A stretch of 52,798 nucleotides of DNA from Octopus sinensis (GCF_006345805.1 NW_021833712.1:1-52798), one strand, 5' to 3'; shown: positions 26,167-38,240, counted from the stretch's first letter. Notes: generated by a model not told the origin, from the letters alone. Numbers and translations: made by a program.

Positions 26167-28835
26167 TGTAACGAGCTTAGTGAATGTATCTTCTCTTGTA
26201 CTTTCGGGGTACAAGAAAGCAATCACTAGCCGTTGCTTTAATAATCCAGAATTCTACCAGTCAGAAACAACAAGACGCAGACGTAAAAGATATATATACT
26301 ACTTTATTCTCTAATGTGGTAACAGTAACAATAAGTGCTTATCTGGTATCCCTTTGGTATAAATGTGTCAGTGCTGAACCTTATCGCTGTAAAATAAGAA
26401 AGTGTTCAAATGCAAAACGACACTGGTCAAAGATGGCGTCTGGAACAGGGAGATGTGGTCTGCAACAATTTGGTTAAAGGCCTTTTGGTAAGGTGCTGCT
26501 AGAATCAAGTTCGGACAGAGAGAAAATATACGTGACCGTCGCCTTCAGTCGCTGCTGTCTCAAGTCGCTGCTTGATGGACGCTGGTGGTCAACGTCATAC
26601 GATCCCCTTGCCTCGGCTAACTGCTACGTAGGCAAAAGGGTTCTTCTTCCGGTGGTGAAAGCACCAACCTCGCACGCGCGAAATACAAATGGACGGTGCA
26701 CGAGCGCGCGCCGTTGTATAGGATCACTACAGAGCTACACCCCAGTGCGTAAGCACGACACAAAATTCCCTGTAGTGACTATAAAACTCAAGGTTGACAC
26801 CAGATAACCAAATAGCACACAATATAATAAAAATGGCAAAATTTTACATCATACATAAGAAATTCACCAAAAGGAAAAAATACTCAAAATGAGCAAAATT
26901 CAAAAGTGCATGCATGAAAGTGGATACGTCACAAAGTATAGAGCCTTCCGCTGTAGGGAGCGGGAGGAAAGCAAACTCACAGTTAATGAACCTAGGCGAA
27001 ATTAAATCCAACTTCTCTAAAAGTAGTTGATCCTGCGAAATAGCAGTTAAGTCAATTGCTGCAGGAGAGGAAATGGAATCGACAGATAGATCGCTAGTAA
27101 CACAAAAGGCAAAAGTGCAAGCATGCTGGTGTGATGCGCGACACAGATAATTTTCTCTGTTAATTACGTGACCAACAGGAGTCTAACAGGGAAAAATAAT
27201 TACGCCCATACATAGGCGCAGCGCATGTGAACATCCGACATACTATGAGTCGGGAAAAGAATTAAGCTAACGCAAACGTGTTGCAAAAAAACAAGGCAAT
27301 ACACGTGCGAAGCAAAGGCGCATGAAATGCAATAGAGCTTGCCAGACCGAAAAACAGCAATGAATATGCCAGTGGTTGAGCGATTATATGCCTCGTTCGT
27401 ACAGGAACAAAAGTATGACATGCTGGCGCGTTATAATGGACAAACAACCCTCTCTATGTATACGTGACCCCTAGGGTCTATAGAAATGAGGTGTGTCCAC
27501 AAAAGGCAAATTTAGCATGGAATAATCAAGCGAGAAAAGCATGTGTGACGTATGTATGTGAGAGATAGCATTTATGTGTGTGTACGTGTGTGCGACAAAA
27601 ATACATACAAGGCGAAATGCGAGCAAAATAATAATACAGCGCATAGGAAAAATGTCTCTCAGTGCTATTTCAGACAATGGAGTTAATTTACCAGTCTGTA
27701 ATAGCCTGATGCACAATAGCAGTTCGTTCTGTAACAGAATGTTGAGATCACAAATGCAGATGCCGATTGGACACATATCGTGTAACGGTTGTGGCTTCAA
27801 TGCTGTGACAGGTTAACTGGAACAGAAGAATCTCGTAGATAGACGGTGCTGTTAATCCTTGGTGTGCATATGCACAAACAGCGTGCACGCTAAAGTTCCG
27901 CGAGTTGCTATGCGCATCTTGGTCGACGGTGTTGAAAAGCGACGGTGGTGGTGGAAGGCGACTGTAGTGGACTTGAGACAACATTGTTCTTAGTGGTGAT
28001 GGCGACGAAGACAACGACGACGTGAAGTAGAAAGACGACGATGGCGATGACGAAGGTGGAGAAAAGGCATCGTTGATATGATGGCGTTCGTCATCGTGGC
28101 TGTAGAATAAGAAAGAGGCTCCTTCTACAACTGTTTGTGGTGGCCGGAAACAAATCGTCGAAAGATGATGACTGCGTAGAGTTAAATCGTGTTCCGACTT
28201 CGCAGAAAAACTGGATTTTTTGTTGTTGTTCAGTGATCTCTGGTTTTAGACCAGAATCACGTCGGGGTCACCACTGTAACGGTCTTAGTGTGAGTGAACA
28301 TCTTCTCTTGTACTTTCGGGGTACAAGAAAGCAATCACTATTCGTTGCTTTAATAATCCAGAATTCTACCAGTCAGAAACAACCAGACGCAGACGTAAAA
28401 GATATATATACTACTTTATTCTCTAATGTGGTAACAGTAACAATAAGTGGTTATCTGGTATCCCTTTGGTATAAATGTGTCAGTGCTGAACCTTATCGCT
28501 GTAAAATAAGAAAGTGTTCAAATGCAAAACGACACTGGTCAAAGATGGCGTCCGGAACAGGGTCTGCAACAATTTGGTTAAAGGCCTTTTGGTAAGGTGC
28601 TGCTAGAATCAAGTTCGGACGGAGAGAAAATATACGTGACCGTCGCCTTCAGTCGCTGCTGTCTCAAGTCGCTGCTTGATGGACGCTGGTGGTCAACGTC
28701 ATACGATCCCCTTGCCTCGGCTAACTGCTACGTAGGCAAAAGGGTTCTTCTTCCGGTGGTGAAAGCACCAACCCCGCACGCGCGAAATACAAATGGACGG
28801 TGCGCGAGCGCGCGCCGTTGTATAGGATCACTACA
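26167..28835 (-). mobile_element. Non-autonomous LTR retroelement (Ty3/gypsy-like), no recognisable coding region
   Basis: Direct repeats 26167-26731 and 28275-28835, both TG...CA, about 97% alike by eye. 4-bp target duplication GGAT at 26163-26166 and 28836-28839. tRNA-Trp PBS. Internal region about 1.54 kb. Confidence 0.92.
28254..28273 (-). promoter_or_regulatory. Primer binding site complementary to tRNA-Trp 3' end
   Basis: Plus strand GAATCACGTCGGGGTCACCA matches the conserved 3' end of eukaryotic tRNA-Trp including CCA. It lies 1 nt from the 5' LTR. Confidence 0.9.
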
Positions 28836-29683
28836 GGATGTACATTTGGAACCCTATCGTGGTCGTTTTATAGGACATTTCAAGTTGGATTAAGTTTCTA
28901 CTACCTTCCTTATATGGAAGATAGACCCTGTGGACGTCTGATTTTGGGTGTCAGCAGTTTCCTGGACTTTATGTCCATATGCTGGATTTCACTCAGATTC
29001 AAATTGACGACATTAATGAATGGACAACTTGTAATGCAAGGAAGTTTATAGCCGCAATTCTATTCTGGGAGTTCAGCTCAGTATTCAGGACCATTCTTTT
29101 CTTTCATTGACTTGTGTTGAATCTCTTTCCCTTCGTGTACCCCAAGATACTTATAAAAACCTTCTTGCATCAGGTTCTTGATAGATGTATCACGATCATG
29201 TTGGGTCATGATATTAGCTGTCAGTTCACCACATTTGAATGAAGCTTTTGCACACTTGTACAGGCCAAATTCCATATTGATGTCATCGCTGAATTTTTTC
29301 AGTTACTAGTAGCCCTTTCAGACCCTTGTATTCTATATTAATAAAATTGGTTTGGAAATTGTCAGTTGATCAGTGCATGTCAGTCTGCTATAGTCACTCC
29401 TCCTCCCTCAAATAGCCCTACAAAGATCTTAGCGTTCCAATAAATAATAAATAAATGAAAAATATGACGCTACATTATATACTTTACACACAGTTTGTAC
29501 TGTTCACTAACAAATAGTGCCAAGAGTGGGGATGTGGTTTGGCATATGCAAACACATACATATGAATGTGTAACATCCCTTCTTGAGAAAAATAAAGGGG
29601 TCTTCTGGCAGTGAAGACAACTATGAGTAGTCTCCCTTGCACCATGGATTGTAGTCTAGCTGAATTAGATACTTTCCTTTTCT

Positions 29684-30690
29684 TTAACGGTATCGAACCG
29701 GTGGCAGAATGTTCTTTCTCCATCTGGTGGATCTTGTGCTTCGCACCGGTGTCTGAGATGTGTTGTTGGGCTGCTGATATGTGGTTGATACACGTTGGGG
29801 TGATGATTCTGTGGGTGTTGTCACCAATGCAGCAGGTGTTGTACACGTTTTCCTCGGCAGCTCTGGTGTTAGGCGGATGTGGGCCCTGTTGCGTCTCAGC
29901 TGCCTACCAGATTCTGTTTCTATTATATACGATCTTGGAGTTTCAGCTCCACTGACAACCTGTGCTGGGATCCATGTTTTAGTTATGGGATCTTGAGTAT
30001 GCACATGTTGTCCTCCAAGCATCTCAGGTAAATATTGTGCATGCTTGTTGTAATACCTCTGTGATTGTTCTTGAGTGGCTGCTAGTTTTGCCCTTGTCTC
30101 TTCCTGGTCAATAGGAGGTTGGATCTTAGTTGGCAGGGTAGTTTTATACTTTCTGCCATTCAGCAATTCTGCTGGGGATTTCATATCAGCTCTCAGTGGT
30201 GTCGTTCGTAGGGACAGAAGTGCCAGGTGTGGGTCTTCCTTAGTCTCTCGGCATTTGACTAGTGTTCTCTTCACTGTCTGCACCTGTCTTTCTATAAACC
30301 CATGGCCTTTGGGATAGTGTGGAGATGAAGTTGTAATATTGAACCCATACTCATCGGCTAGCTTTTTGAATTCTTGTGATGTGAACTGGGTTCCCTTGTC
30401 ACATATGATCTGCTCTGGTATTCCTTGCTCTGCTAGGAGCCCTCGAGCCACTGTAGTGATTGTTTTGGCTGTCAGGTCTTTCACTTTTCTCACAAATGGA
30501 AATTTGGAGTAGTAGCAGGCCATTATTAAATACTATTCTTGGCCCTCTGTGAATAGATCTACTCCAATAGTTTGCCATGGCCTTCTTGGGATGTCACTAG
30601 ATATCATTTCCTCCTTTTGTTGTGAGGTTTTGTACTTTTGGCAGATGCGGCATGTAGAAACTGTCTTTTCTATGTCTTTGTACATGCGCT
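29684..30690 (-). CDS. Retrotransposon DDE integrase (one in-frame TAG near 30533)
   Basis: TCRICQK, RPWQTIGVDLF, GIPEQIICDKGTQFTSQEF, SSPHYPKGHGFIERQVQTVK, SPAELLNGRK, TPRSYIIETESGRQLRRNR. Confidence 0.92.
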
Positions 30691-30859
30691 TATTGGTTGT
30701 CACATTTACAATGTGGTGGACCTTTCTGCTTAGTCCTTCCATCTCCTTTTTGTTTGTGATTGGTGGTCGGTCTTTGATAGGCATATCACTGTCAATCCTG
30801 CTTGGAGCTGCTTTCACTTCAGCATTGACCGACACAATATTTAACCTCCTGCAGGTATC

Positions 30860-31262
30860 GAGTCCAAGAATTGATGGGCCTTCTGTTCTTGTGACATATA
30901 GCTTAAATAAAGAAACGGAAACTGTGCCTTTACAACAAATCTGAAACGCAACGAACCAGGAAATTAACAAACAAAACATCGCTTCGCCTTCGGACAACAT
31001 AAACAACGAATCCAAGATGGCGACCCCCGTCGCCGTACAGATGAATCTCGATTGTTTTCCTTTTGTGTGTCCCCTTAATCGTTGTTTTCCCCAGTTGTGG
31101 AATCACATCACTTGGTGTGAGGATTCCTTTTCTGACCCTATCCTCTTCTGTCATATTTTCTGGGAACATCTTGTATAAGCTGACAGGCAAGATATCACTC
31201 TGGGCCCCAGTGTCTATCTTCAGCCTTAAGTCTATGTTTGTTCTTTTCCTTCCGGCCTTCTT
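30860..31262 (-). pseudogene. Aspartic protease remnant, interrupted by an inverted leader copy
   Basis: KIDTGAQSDILP at about 31185-31220. The C-terminal KLYVTRTEGPSILG resumes at about 30903, after the 145-bp insert. Confidence 0.85.
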
Positions 31263-32186
31263 TTAGATTCTTATCGTCGTGTATGCCTCATCTTCTTTCT
31301 TCCGGTCGTCCTTTCCCATCTCATGCACATTTATTATGCCGATTGCCAAGAATTCCTCCTCTGAGGTGCTTTGTTCCTGTTGTTGTGCATGTATATCTCT
31401 TCTATTTCTGCTCCTCTTTGAAAATTGGGGCTTGTATCTCTGGGATTTCGTTATCCTACACATTTTTTTCCAGTGGTTCAGTTTTCCACATCCTTTGCAG
31501 TGTGTACCGAATGCAGGACATTTTTCCCGGTTATTAAATTCATGCTCTGTACCACAGTACCGGCATGTTCTTTGTTTGTGGGTTTGTGTCCTGTGCCTAG
31601 ATACAGTATCTACACTGCTACCTAGTGGGCTTGTTTGTAAGCTTAGTGAGGCCATTTGTTTGGTAGTGGCCTCGAATGCTCTTGCAGTGTCTACTGCTTC
31701 TGCCAACTGGAGAGCGTCCTTACCTATGAGGGATTTCTGAACTTCTATGTGGGCACACCCCCATATTAATTGGTCTACAATTCTCTCCTCCCTGTCTTTG
31801 AATTTGCATTTCTCTGCAACATTTTTCAGTCTTGACAGGAAATTGTCAATTGTTTCTTGTGGGGCTTGTTTCAGGCCCTGGAATTCGTATCTGTGAATTC
31901 TATGGTTTGACCTGGGCTCTAGGTGCCTCTCAAATTTCTCAAGAAGTGTATCTGGGTTATTGCAGTCGGACTCTAACATATCCCAGCTATTGAATAAGTC
32001 TATTCCTTTATTACCTGACCACAGAAGGATATAGCTTACCTTCTCATCGTCAGTTGTGCCTGTCAGGAAACTTTTGAAAGCTAGTTGAGTTTTCTGTTTA
32101 AACTTTTTAAATGCCTCCAAAATATCATCAGAATCCCAATTCATAATCGGATGCAGATTCATCTGTACGGCGACGGGGGTCGCCAT
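31263..32186 (-). CDS. Retrotransposon Gag with tandem zinc knuckles
   Basis: 307-aa ORF: LKQAPQETIDNFLSRL..CKF..RIVDQLIWG; CRYCGTEH...CPAFGTHCKGCGKLNHWKKMC. Confidence 0.9.
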   Translation of the reverse strand: MATPVAVQMNLHPIMNWDSDDILEAFKKFKQKTQLAFKSFLTGTTDDEKVSYILLWSGNKGIDLFNSWDMLESDCNNPDTLLEKFERHLEPRSNHRIHRYEFQGLKQAPQETIDNFLSRLKNVAEKCKFKDREERIVDQLIWGCAHIEVQKSLIGKDALQLAEAVDTARAFEATTKQMASLSLQTSPLGSSVDTVSRHRTQTHKQRTCRYCGTEHEFNNREKCPAFGTHCKGCGKLNHWKKMCRITKSQRYKPQFSKRSRNRRDIHAQQQEQSTSEEEFLAIGIINVHEMGKDDRKKEDEAYTTIRI

Positions 32187-32584
32187 CTTGGATTCGTTGT
32201 TTATGTTGTCCGAAGGCGAAGCGATGTTTTGTTTGTTAATTTCCTGGTTCGTTGCGTTTCAGATTTGTTGTAAAGGCACAGTTTCCGTTTCTTTATTTAC
32301 CGCTGCCACCATGTGATGTGTGTGTTGGGTTCTAATGGGATCGACAACCAAATGAAAACCATTGTTATTGTTTACGTGTTTATTTTCATTACTTGTTATA
32401 CGGACGACGACATTCCAGCGTAGTAATACATTATATACTTTACACACAGTTTGTACTGTTCACTAACAAATAGTGCCAAGAGTGGGGATGTGGTTTGGCA
32501 TATGCAAACACATACATATGAATGTGTAACATAAACGATAGTTTTTATATCCAGTTGAAAATTGTCGTCTGTTACTCTCAGCCT

Positions 32585-32639
<55 letters not shown>

Positions 32640-32642
<3 letters not shown>

Positions 32643-34247
32643 AAAAAATGAAGTTCGAAAATGCTGCTGTATTATACAATTTTTAATTTTTATATATACA
32701 TTATAACATGTTTCAGTTCCTGAAATGAACCTTATCAAAAAAAGTTATATATAAAAAAAGACAGCTCATGCCGTCAAACACAAGAAATTCATTTATAATA
32801 CACAACGGAGTCAGACATCTTAGAGTTCATGTATAGTTGATATATAGTTCATGTATAGTTGATATATAGTTTGAAGTATATGTTCAAAGTGTTCGATGCA
32901 GTGGCCCACGGTGGCGATACGTATTCAATACAAGAAACAGATCAAAGTGGTGGAAAGCGGTCAATACAGAAGATTGATGTTTCCGAAAGAGCGAGGAATT
33001 CATTTTTACCTTAAGCAATTGTGATGACCCATGGTGGATGTTCGCTGGGTGGTTCTAGTGGGTTTTGTGAAGTGCTCGGTTTTATAATCAACGTTTTGAC
33101 CAATCGTTTCGTTAGGTGGCTTTAGTCAAGCAGAACGAGACGTCATCATTATTTTGACCAATCGCTGCATTATAACTGCCTCTTGTTTGTTTCCTGTTTT
33201 GACCAGTCGCTTCGTTAGTCAAGCAGAACGGAACGTCATCCAGATTCTGCCCAATCACGACTTATAGCTACATTAGATCTGCCCCCTGTCTGTACTTGTT
33301 AGGTGACTAGTCAAGCAGAAAAGGACGTCATCAATATTCTGACTAATGACTGTCCCCTGTTTGTATCCTGTCCATTCTAGCAGAGCTAGACGTCATCAAC
33401 TTGTTGACCAATCAGAATCGGGTCTGACCCTTAGCTGTATCGTATGTATCAGGGTCAGATTTGCACGAAAGAATTTTTTTCCTTTTTTACTAAGGCATAT
33501 TTCCGTCAGAGCGAGTGTCTGTTTAAAGTAGCGGCCGTGGTGGAATTTTGCTTCTCCTTTTCGGAGGACTTATCTTTTGTTTTAGTATTCTTGGCCCAGG
33601 GTGTTTAAACTTGGTCTAAATTTTTTTATGAAATATAGTTCTTTATTTTGGCGTTGTGTGAAGGTTGCGTTGTCACTGAATTTATAGAGCGGGTTAGTTG
33701 TAAATTTCGGATTTACATTTCCAGCACATGTATCTATGTGTCCGCTGACCGGTATTTTGCGGTAATCAGGGTTTCTAATTTGTGATTTATGCACCGCCAT
33801 TCTGTTACGTAAGCTATTTTTTGTATGGCCTATATACTGCCTATTGCAGCCTGCGCATGTTATGACGTAAATTAAGTTTTCTGATGCGCAGGTGAAGTTT
33901 GTTCTAATGGTGAACTGGTGGCCTTGTTCCAGTATAAATTCTAATCCTTCTTTCAAGATGACACAGATTCCGCAGTTGGGCCTTCCACATTTTCTAACTG
34001 CTGGTTTTGTGGTTGATGTTGAGTGCAGTGTAGCTTGGGTTAAAATCCTTTTCAAGGATTTTGGTTGCCGTTTACTTTTAATGATGGTGTGTGTTTCGAG
34101 GATCCGGTTCATCTTTGGGTCTCCCTTTAGTAGGGCTGTGCTTTGTAGTATGGTGTTGAAGGCCTCATTGTTGAGTGGGTTGTGTGTAGAGATGTAGGGA
34201 AGGGTTTTTAATTGTTCTTTCTGTTTTGGTTTTGTTTGTCTCAGGTC

Positions 34248-34250
<3 letters not shown>
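32640..34250 (-). mobile_element. 5'-truncated Penelope-like element: GIY-YIG endonuclease plus 3' non-coding (pseudo-LTR) region, between (TA)n tracts
   Basis: ORF 33582-34250: LPYISTHNP, KRQPKSLKRIL, CGRPNCGIC, NLIYVITCAGCNRQYIGHT, RMAVHKSQI, ELYFIKKFRPSLN. Confidence 0.92.
33095..33415. promoter_or_regulatory. About 90-bp repeats, each with a CRE-like (GACGTCA) and usually a CCAAT motif
   Basis: TAGTCAAGCAGAA..ACGTCATC at 33123, 33216 and 33308, with a variant at 33378. CCAATC at about 33100, 33158, 33251 and 33408. Function untested. Confidence 0.5.
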
Positions 34251-34325
<75 letters not shown>

Positions 34326-34476
34326 TGGAAGGCTGAGAGTAACAGACGACAATTTTCAACTGGATATAAAAACTATCGTTTATGTTACACATTCATATGT
34401 ATGTGTTTGCATATGCCAAACCACATCCCCACTCTTGGCACTATCTGTTAGTGAACAGTACAAACAGTACAAACAG

Positions 34477-34591
<115 letters not shown>

Positions 34592-34684
34592 GTTGTGTGT
34601 GTGTGTGTGAATTTTAAAAAAAGACACCCAATCTTAACCAACCGACACTAAAAACCGAAATGAAACTCCAACAAAAATCCCAAT

Positions 34685-35310
34685 GAAACTAAAGATCAGT
34701 ACAATATTCTTTACTACTAAAGGCACAAGGCCCGAAATTTTGGGGGAGGGGAACAGTCGATTAGATCAATCCCCAGTACGCAACTGGTACTAAATCTATC
34801 GACCCTGAAAGGATGAAAGGCAAAGTCTACCTCGGCGGAATTTGAACTCAGAACGTAAAGATAGACGAATTACCGCTAAGTATTTCGCCCGGTGTGCTAA
34901 CGTTTCTTATTTCTTTATTGCCCACAAGGGGCTAAACATAGAGGGGACAAACAAGTACAGACAAACGGATTAAGTCGATTACATCGACCCCAGTGCGTAA
35001 CTGGTACTTAATTTATCAACCCCGGAAGGATGAAAGACAAAGTCGACCTCAGCGGAATTTGAACTCAAAACGTAACGGCAGACGAAATACCAATTTCTTT
35101 ACTACCCACAAGGGGCTAAACACAGAGAGGACAAACAAGGACAGACAAACGGATTAAGTCGATTATATCGACCCCAGTGCGTATATCGACCCCGAAAGGA
35201 TGAAAGGCAAAGTCGACCTCGGCGGAATTTGAATTCAGAACGTAGCGGCAGACGAAACACCGCTAAGCATTTCGCCCGGTGTGCTAATGTTTCTGCCAGC
35301 TCGCCGCCTC
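34685..35310 (-). mobile_element. tRNA-derived SINE, three tandem or nested partial copies (octopus-type)
   Basis: Minus-strand head GGCGGCGAGCTGGCAGAAA (A-box-like) and GTTCAAATTCC (B-box). Repeated core GTCGACTTTGCCTTTCATCCTTTCGGGGTCGAT. Family identity is from recall. Confidence 0.8.
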
Positions 35311-37479
35311 GAACAGTACAATATTACCACTATTATTGTTGTTATTGATGACGTTGAAGATTATACTGTTGCAGTTATTCTTGTCTTTTACATATAATTT
35401 CTGATCATCTACGTAGAGCAAGTGTGAGATGGTCTTGTCAGACAATTTGTAACAATGATTTGTTCTATTCAGCTCATAGGACAAGGGATGAGAAAAAGAC
35501 AGAAGAGAAGAGGGAAGAGTGAATCACCCTGGAATATTCCACAGTCAATTATGATGTTCTCTGATACATTACAAGCCTTTCTCGTGGTTGAGAAACAATT
35601 TTGTGCTGAAGGAAACCTTTTACGAAAGTAGAATCTTGTATACAGTCAATCCATGCTGTACTAAGGATGGTTTTTTGGATGAGCAATTTTCGAATATCAT
35701 ACGGTTAATTAATTCTTGGTCTTTTGCACCCTTTTTGTTCATGGGGAAGCGTGTTGTTTTCATCGAGAAATTGGTACATCCTTTCGGTGAGATTGGATGT
35801 TTTGTACATGGTGGTCAAACAAGTGATCAGCCTTTTGTTTTGGGGGTTTCTTGTGTCGCTCGTTTTAGGGAGTAGGTATGTTATCCATAATGTTAACCAG
35901 CTTGGAGTATTTTCAGGGTTTCTGATGATACTAGAGAAACAGTGTGATGATGAGAAGCTGTTAAGCCACAATTTTGAGATTTTATCATGTCCCACTTACG
36001 AGTTTTAGACAGAGCTTGAGTTAGTCCCTGCATTCTAATATCGTTCCATCTCTGTTCTCCAATCTCAAACATTCTTTCTTCTCTCCCTACCCATTCAGCT
36101 TTCTTATTAAATTCCTTTCTGTCCCTCTATATCACTACTTCATCATATCAGGCAGGTCTTTTACTTCGATTGACTGTTTCCCTAACTCTCTGCAAAATTT
36201 CTTAGCAATAGTTTTAAATATCGTATATTGTCTGCAAAATTTTTTTTTCATACTTTTCATTTTTTTCAGTACTTCTTCCACGTTTATCAGATTGTAGTTT
36301 TGCATTATCTTTCTAGCCATCCTCATCTTATATTATTTCTTTTTTTCTCTATCTTGACACCTATTTTCTTTGTGGCAGCAAAGCTGTTAAGTACCAAAAA
36401 AATGGCTTAGTTAGATTAAATCTGTCTCAGTTTCAAGGAGAAGCTGCCATATATTTTGATTGTACAGTGATTTGATCTGGTGTTCTGAAACATTGGTAGT
36501 TGATCTCTCTCATTCATTTCTAGATGTTTAGAAATGCCTAGCTCTCTCAAGATATTGTTCTTTTGCCACAGGTATTTTCTCTCTATTGGCTTCAGTCTAC
36601 CATTGCAGTTTCAGGTTCATTCCTACTTCCTGTTACTTCACTATCAGTTAGGCCATCTGCATGTTGCCTACATCAACATCATGTTCGGGTGTGTCTTTAT
36701 CAATAGGCTGTATGTTTTCCTGTTCATTATTCCCAGTACCTGCACCATGTGCTTCAGCTTAATTTTCTGGGATGGTAGTGGTAATTATTTTTCATTGTCT
36801 CTAATTCTGCTGGTGTTAGACGGTTATTACGCATGATGTCTGCGTAAGATGGCTAATTTGTTTGCATGGATATAACCACAGACGTCATCCCCTATCATTT
36901 CTCTCCAGGTATTGAAACACAACTCAGTTTTATTATGTCCTAGTTAGTTCAGTGCTGTGTAGAATGCTGTCATGACTTGCTTATACTCCTCTGTTGTTCA
37001 TCTATCTTTAGTAGTTCTTTCGACGTTTGTTTTATTTGAGTATCAGGGTTGATTTCTCGGTTCTGGTTTCCCTCAAGATAATTTTAAGAGGAGTTTGTTC
37101 CAGTTTTCAATTTTTCGATCTCAGGTTTGTTCCTCTCTGGAGACGCATCCCTTGGTGATTTGCATGACGGACGATGCAGTGTTTCTAGTTTGCATTTTGC
37201 ATGAAAAATCTATTTTAACCTTACTGGCAAGGAGTGATTCTTGTCACTTCTCTAGACAGATTTGCTTCAAGCGTGGAGGGGCCTGTCTTTCCTCATTTGG
37301 ATGGGCTGTGCTGCGCTGGTCATCAATACAGTATTCACGGCCCTGCAGCAGTGGGTTAAGCGTTTTTTTCTATTATTACTTGGGAAGTATAAACTCTTTC
37401 CGTATTGTATTGCATCAGTGTAGTTTGTTGCTTGAGTCTTTTGTTCTATTAATATGGGTATTGTGAGCTATGTGTTTGC

Positions 37480-37511
<32 letters not shown>

Positions 37512-37513
<2 letters not shown>

Positions 37514-37979
37514 GAGTGAGAGAGCAGTGCATGCCATCAAAGTGACACGGGGGTAAAATATACGAAGCCCAGTATACCCATCATGACTACCCGTCTGATA
37601 ACGGTACACCAGGCACATGTAACACAACCATATGTGCGAGACATGGTGATCTCATATCAAGATGTTGAGAGGAATTCTTCGTGGTATTGATAATTCACCT
37701 CTGGAAACATGGGTGTTTTGTTCAACATCCTTAAACAACCCTTATTCAGAGACTTTTTGAGCGGGATGGGCTACTCGACCTGAAGAAAATCCTAACTGGG
37801 CCCCTACCTGCAGGGTTATGCGCTGTATATCTTGATATGAGATCACCATGTCTTGCACATATGGTTGTGATGCATATGCCTCGTGTACCCTTATCAGACG
37901 GGTAGTCATGATAGGTATACTGGGCTTCATATATTTGTATCCCAGTGTCACTTTGATGATATGCACTTCTCTCTGACTC

Positions 37980-37981
<2 letters not shown>
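37512..37981. mobile_element. MITE / fold-back element with about 150-bp terminal inverted repeats, flanked by (TTA)n and (TAA)n
   Basis: 37512-37663 is the reverse complement of 37829-37981 (about 85% by eye). Spacer about 165 bp, non-coding. Confidence 0.88.
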
Positions 37982-38043
<62 letters not shown>

Positions 38044-38050
38044 TAATAAT

Positions 38051-38240
38051 AACACCGGGGGACGTTTAAGAGAGAACACCGGGGGACGTTTAAGAGAGAA
38101 CACCAGAGGACGTTTAAGAGAGAACACCGGGGGACGTTTAAGAGGAGAACACCGGGGGACGTTTAAGAGAGAACACCGGGGGACGTTTAAGAGAGAACAC
38201 CGGGGGACGTTTAAGAGGAGAACACCGGGGGACGTTTAAG
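38051..38240 (+). repeat. 24-bp tandem repeat x8 at the 5' end of the young R4/Dong-like LINE
   Basis: Units AACACCGGGGGACGTTTAAGAGAG start at 38051, 38075, 38099, 38123, 38148, 38172, 38196 and 38221. The last lacks AGAG and runs into the 5' UTR. Confidence 0.95.

Larger units (their letters stand above)
29471..32531 (-). mobile_element. Ty3/gypsy (Mag-like) LTR retrotransposon: gag-protease-integrase, RT/RNase H deleted, 3' LTR truncated
   Basis: 5' LTR 32312-32531 (TG...CA). PBS TGGTGGCAGCGGT (32299-32311, tRNA-Leu-like). PPT AAGAAGGGA next to a 105-bp 3' LTR remnant (29471-29575). Gag, DTG protease and DDE integrase are present; no RT motif. Confidence 0.93.
32449..34465. repeat. 142-bp inverted duplication (32449-32590 vs 34324-34465) bracketing the Penelope-like element
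   Basis: The right arm is the reverse complement of part of the Mag 5' LTR plus 59 bp of its flank. One mismatch seen (AAATAG vs AGATAG). Both arms abut (TA)n. Confidence 0.92.

Noticed and set aside
26732-28253. Gag remnant in the Trp-primed LTR element
   Set aside because: No frame gave a recognisable capsid or zinc-knuckle motif.
32640-33580. Hammerhead ribozyme expected in a Penelope pseudo-LTR
   Set aside because: No CTGANGA...GAAA core was found by eye on either strand; the nearest is CTGACGGAAA near 33500. A covariance-model search would be needed.
38051-38240. 24-bp direct repeats as a CRISPR array
   Set aside because: The repeats are contiguous with no unique spacers, there are no cas genes, and the context is eukaryotic.
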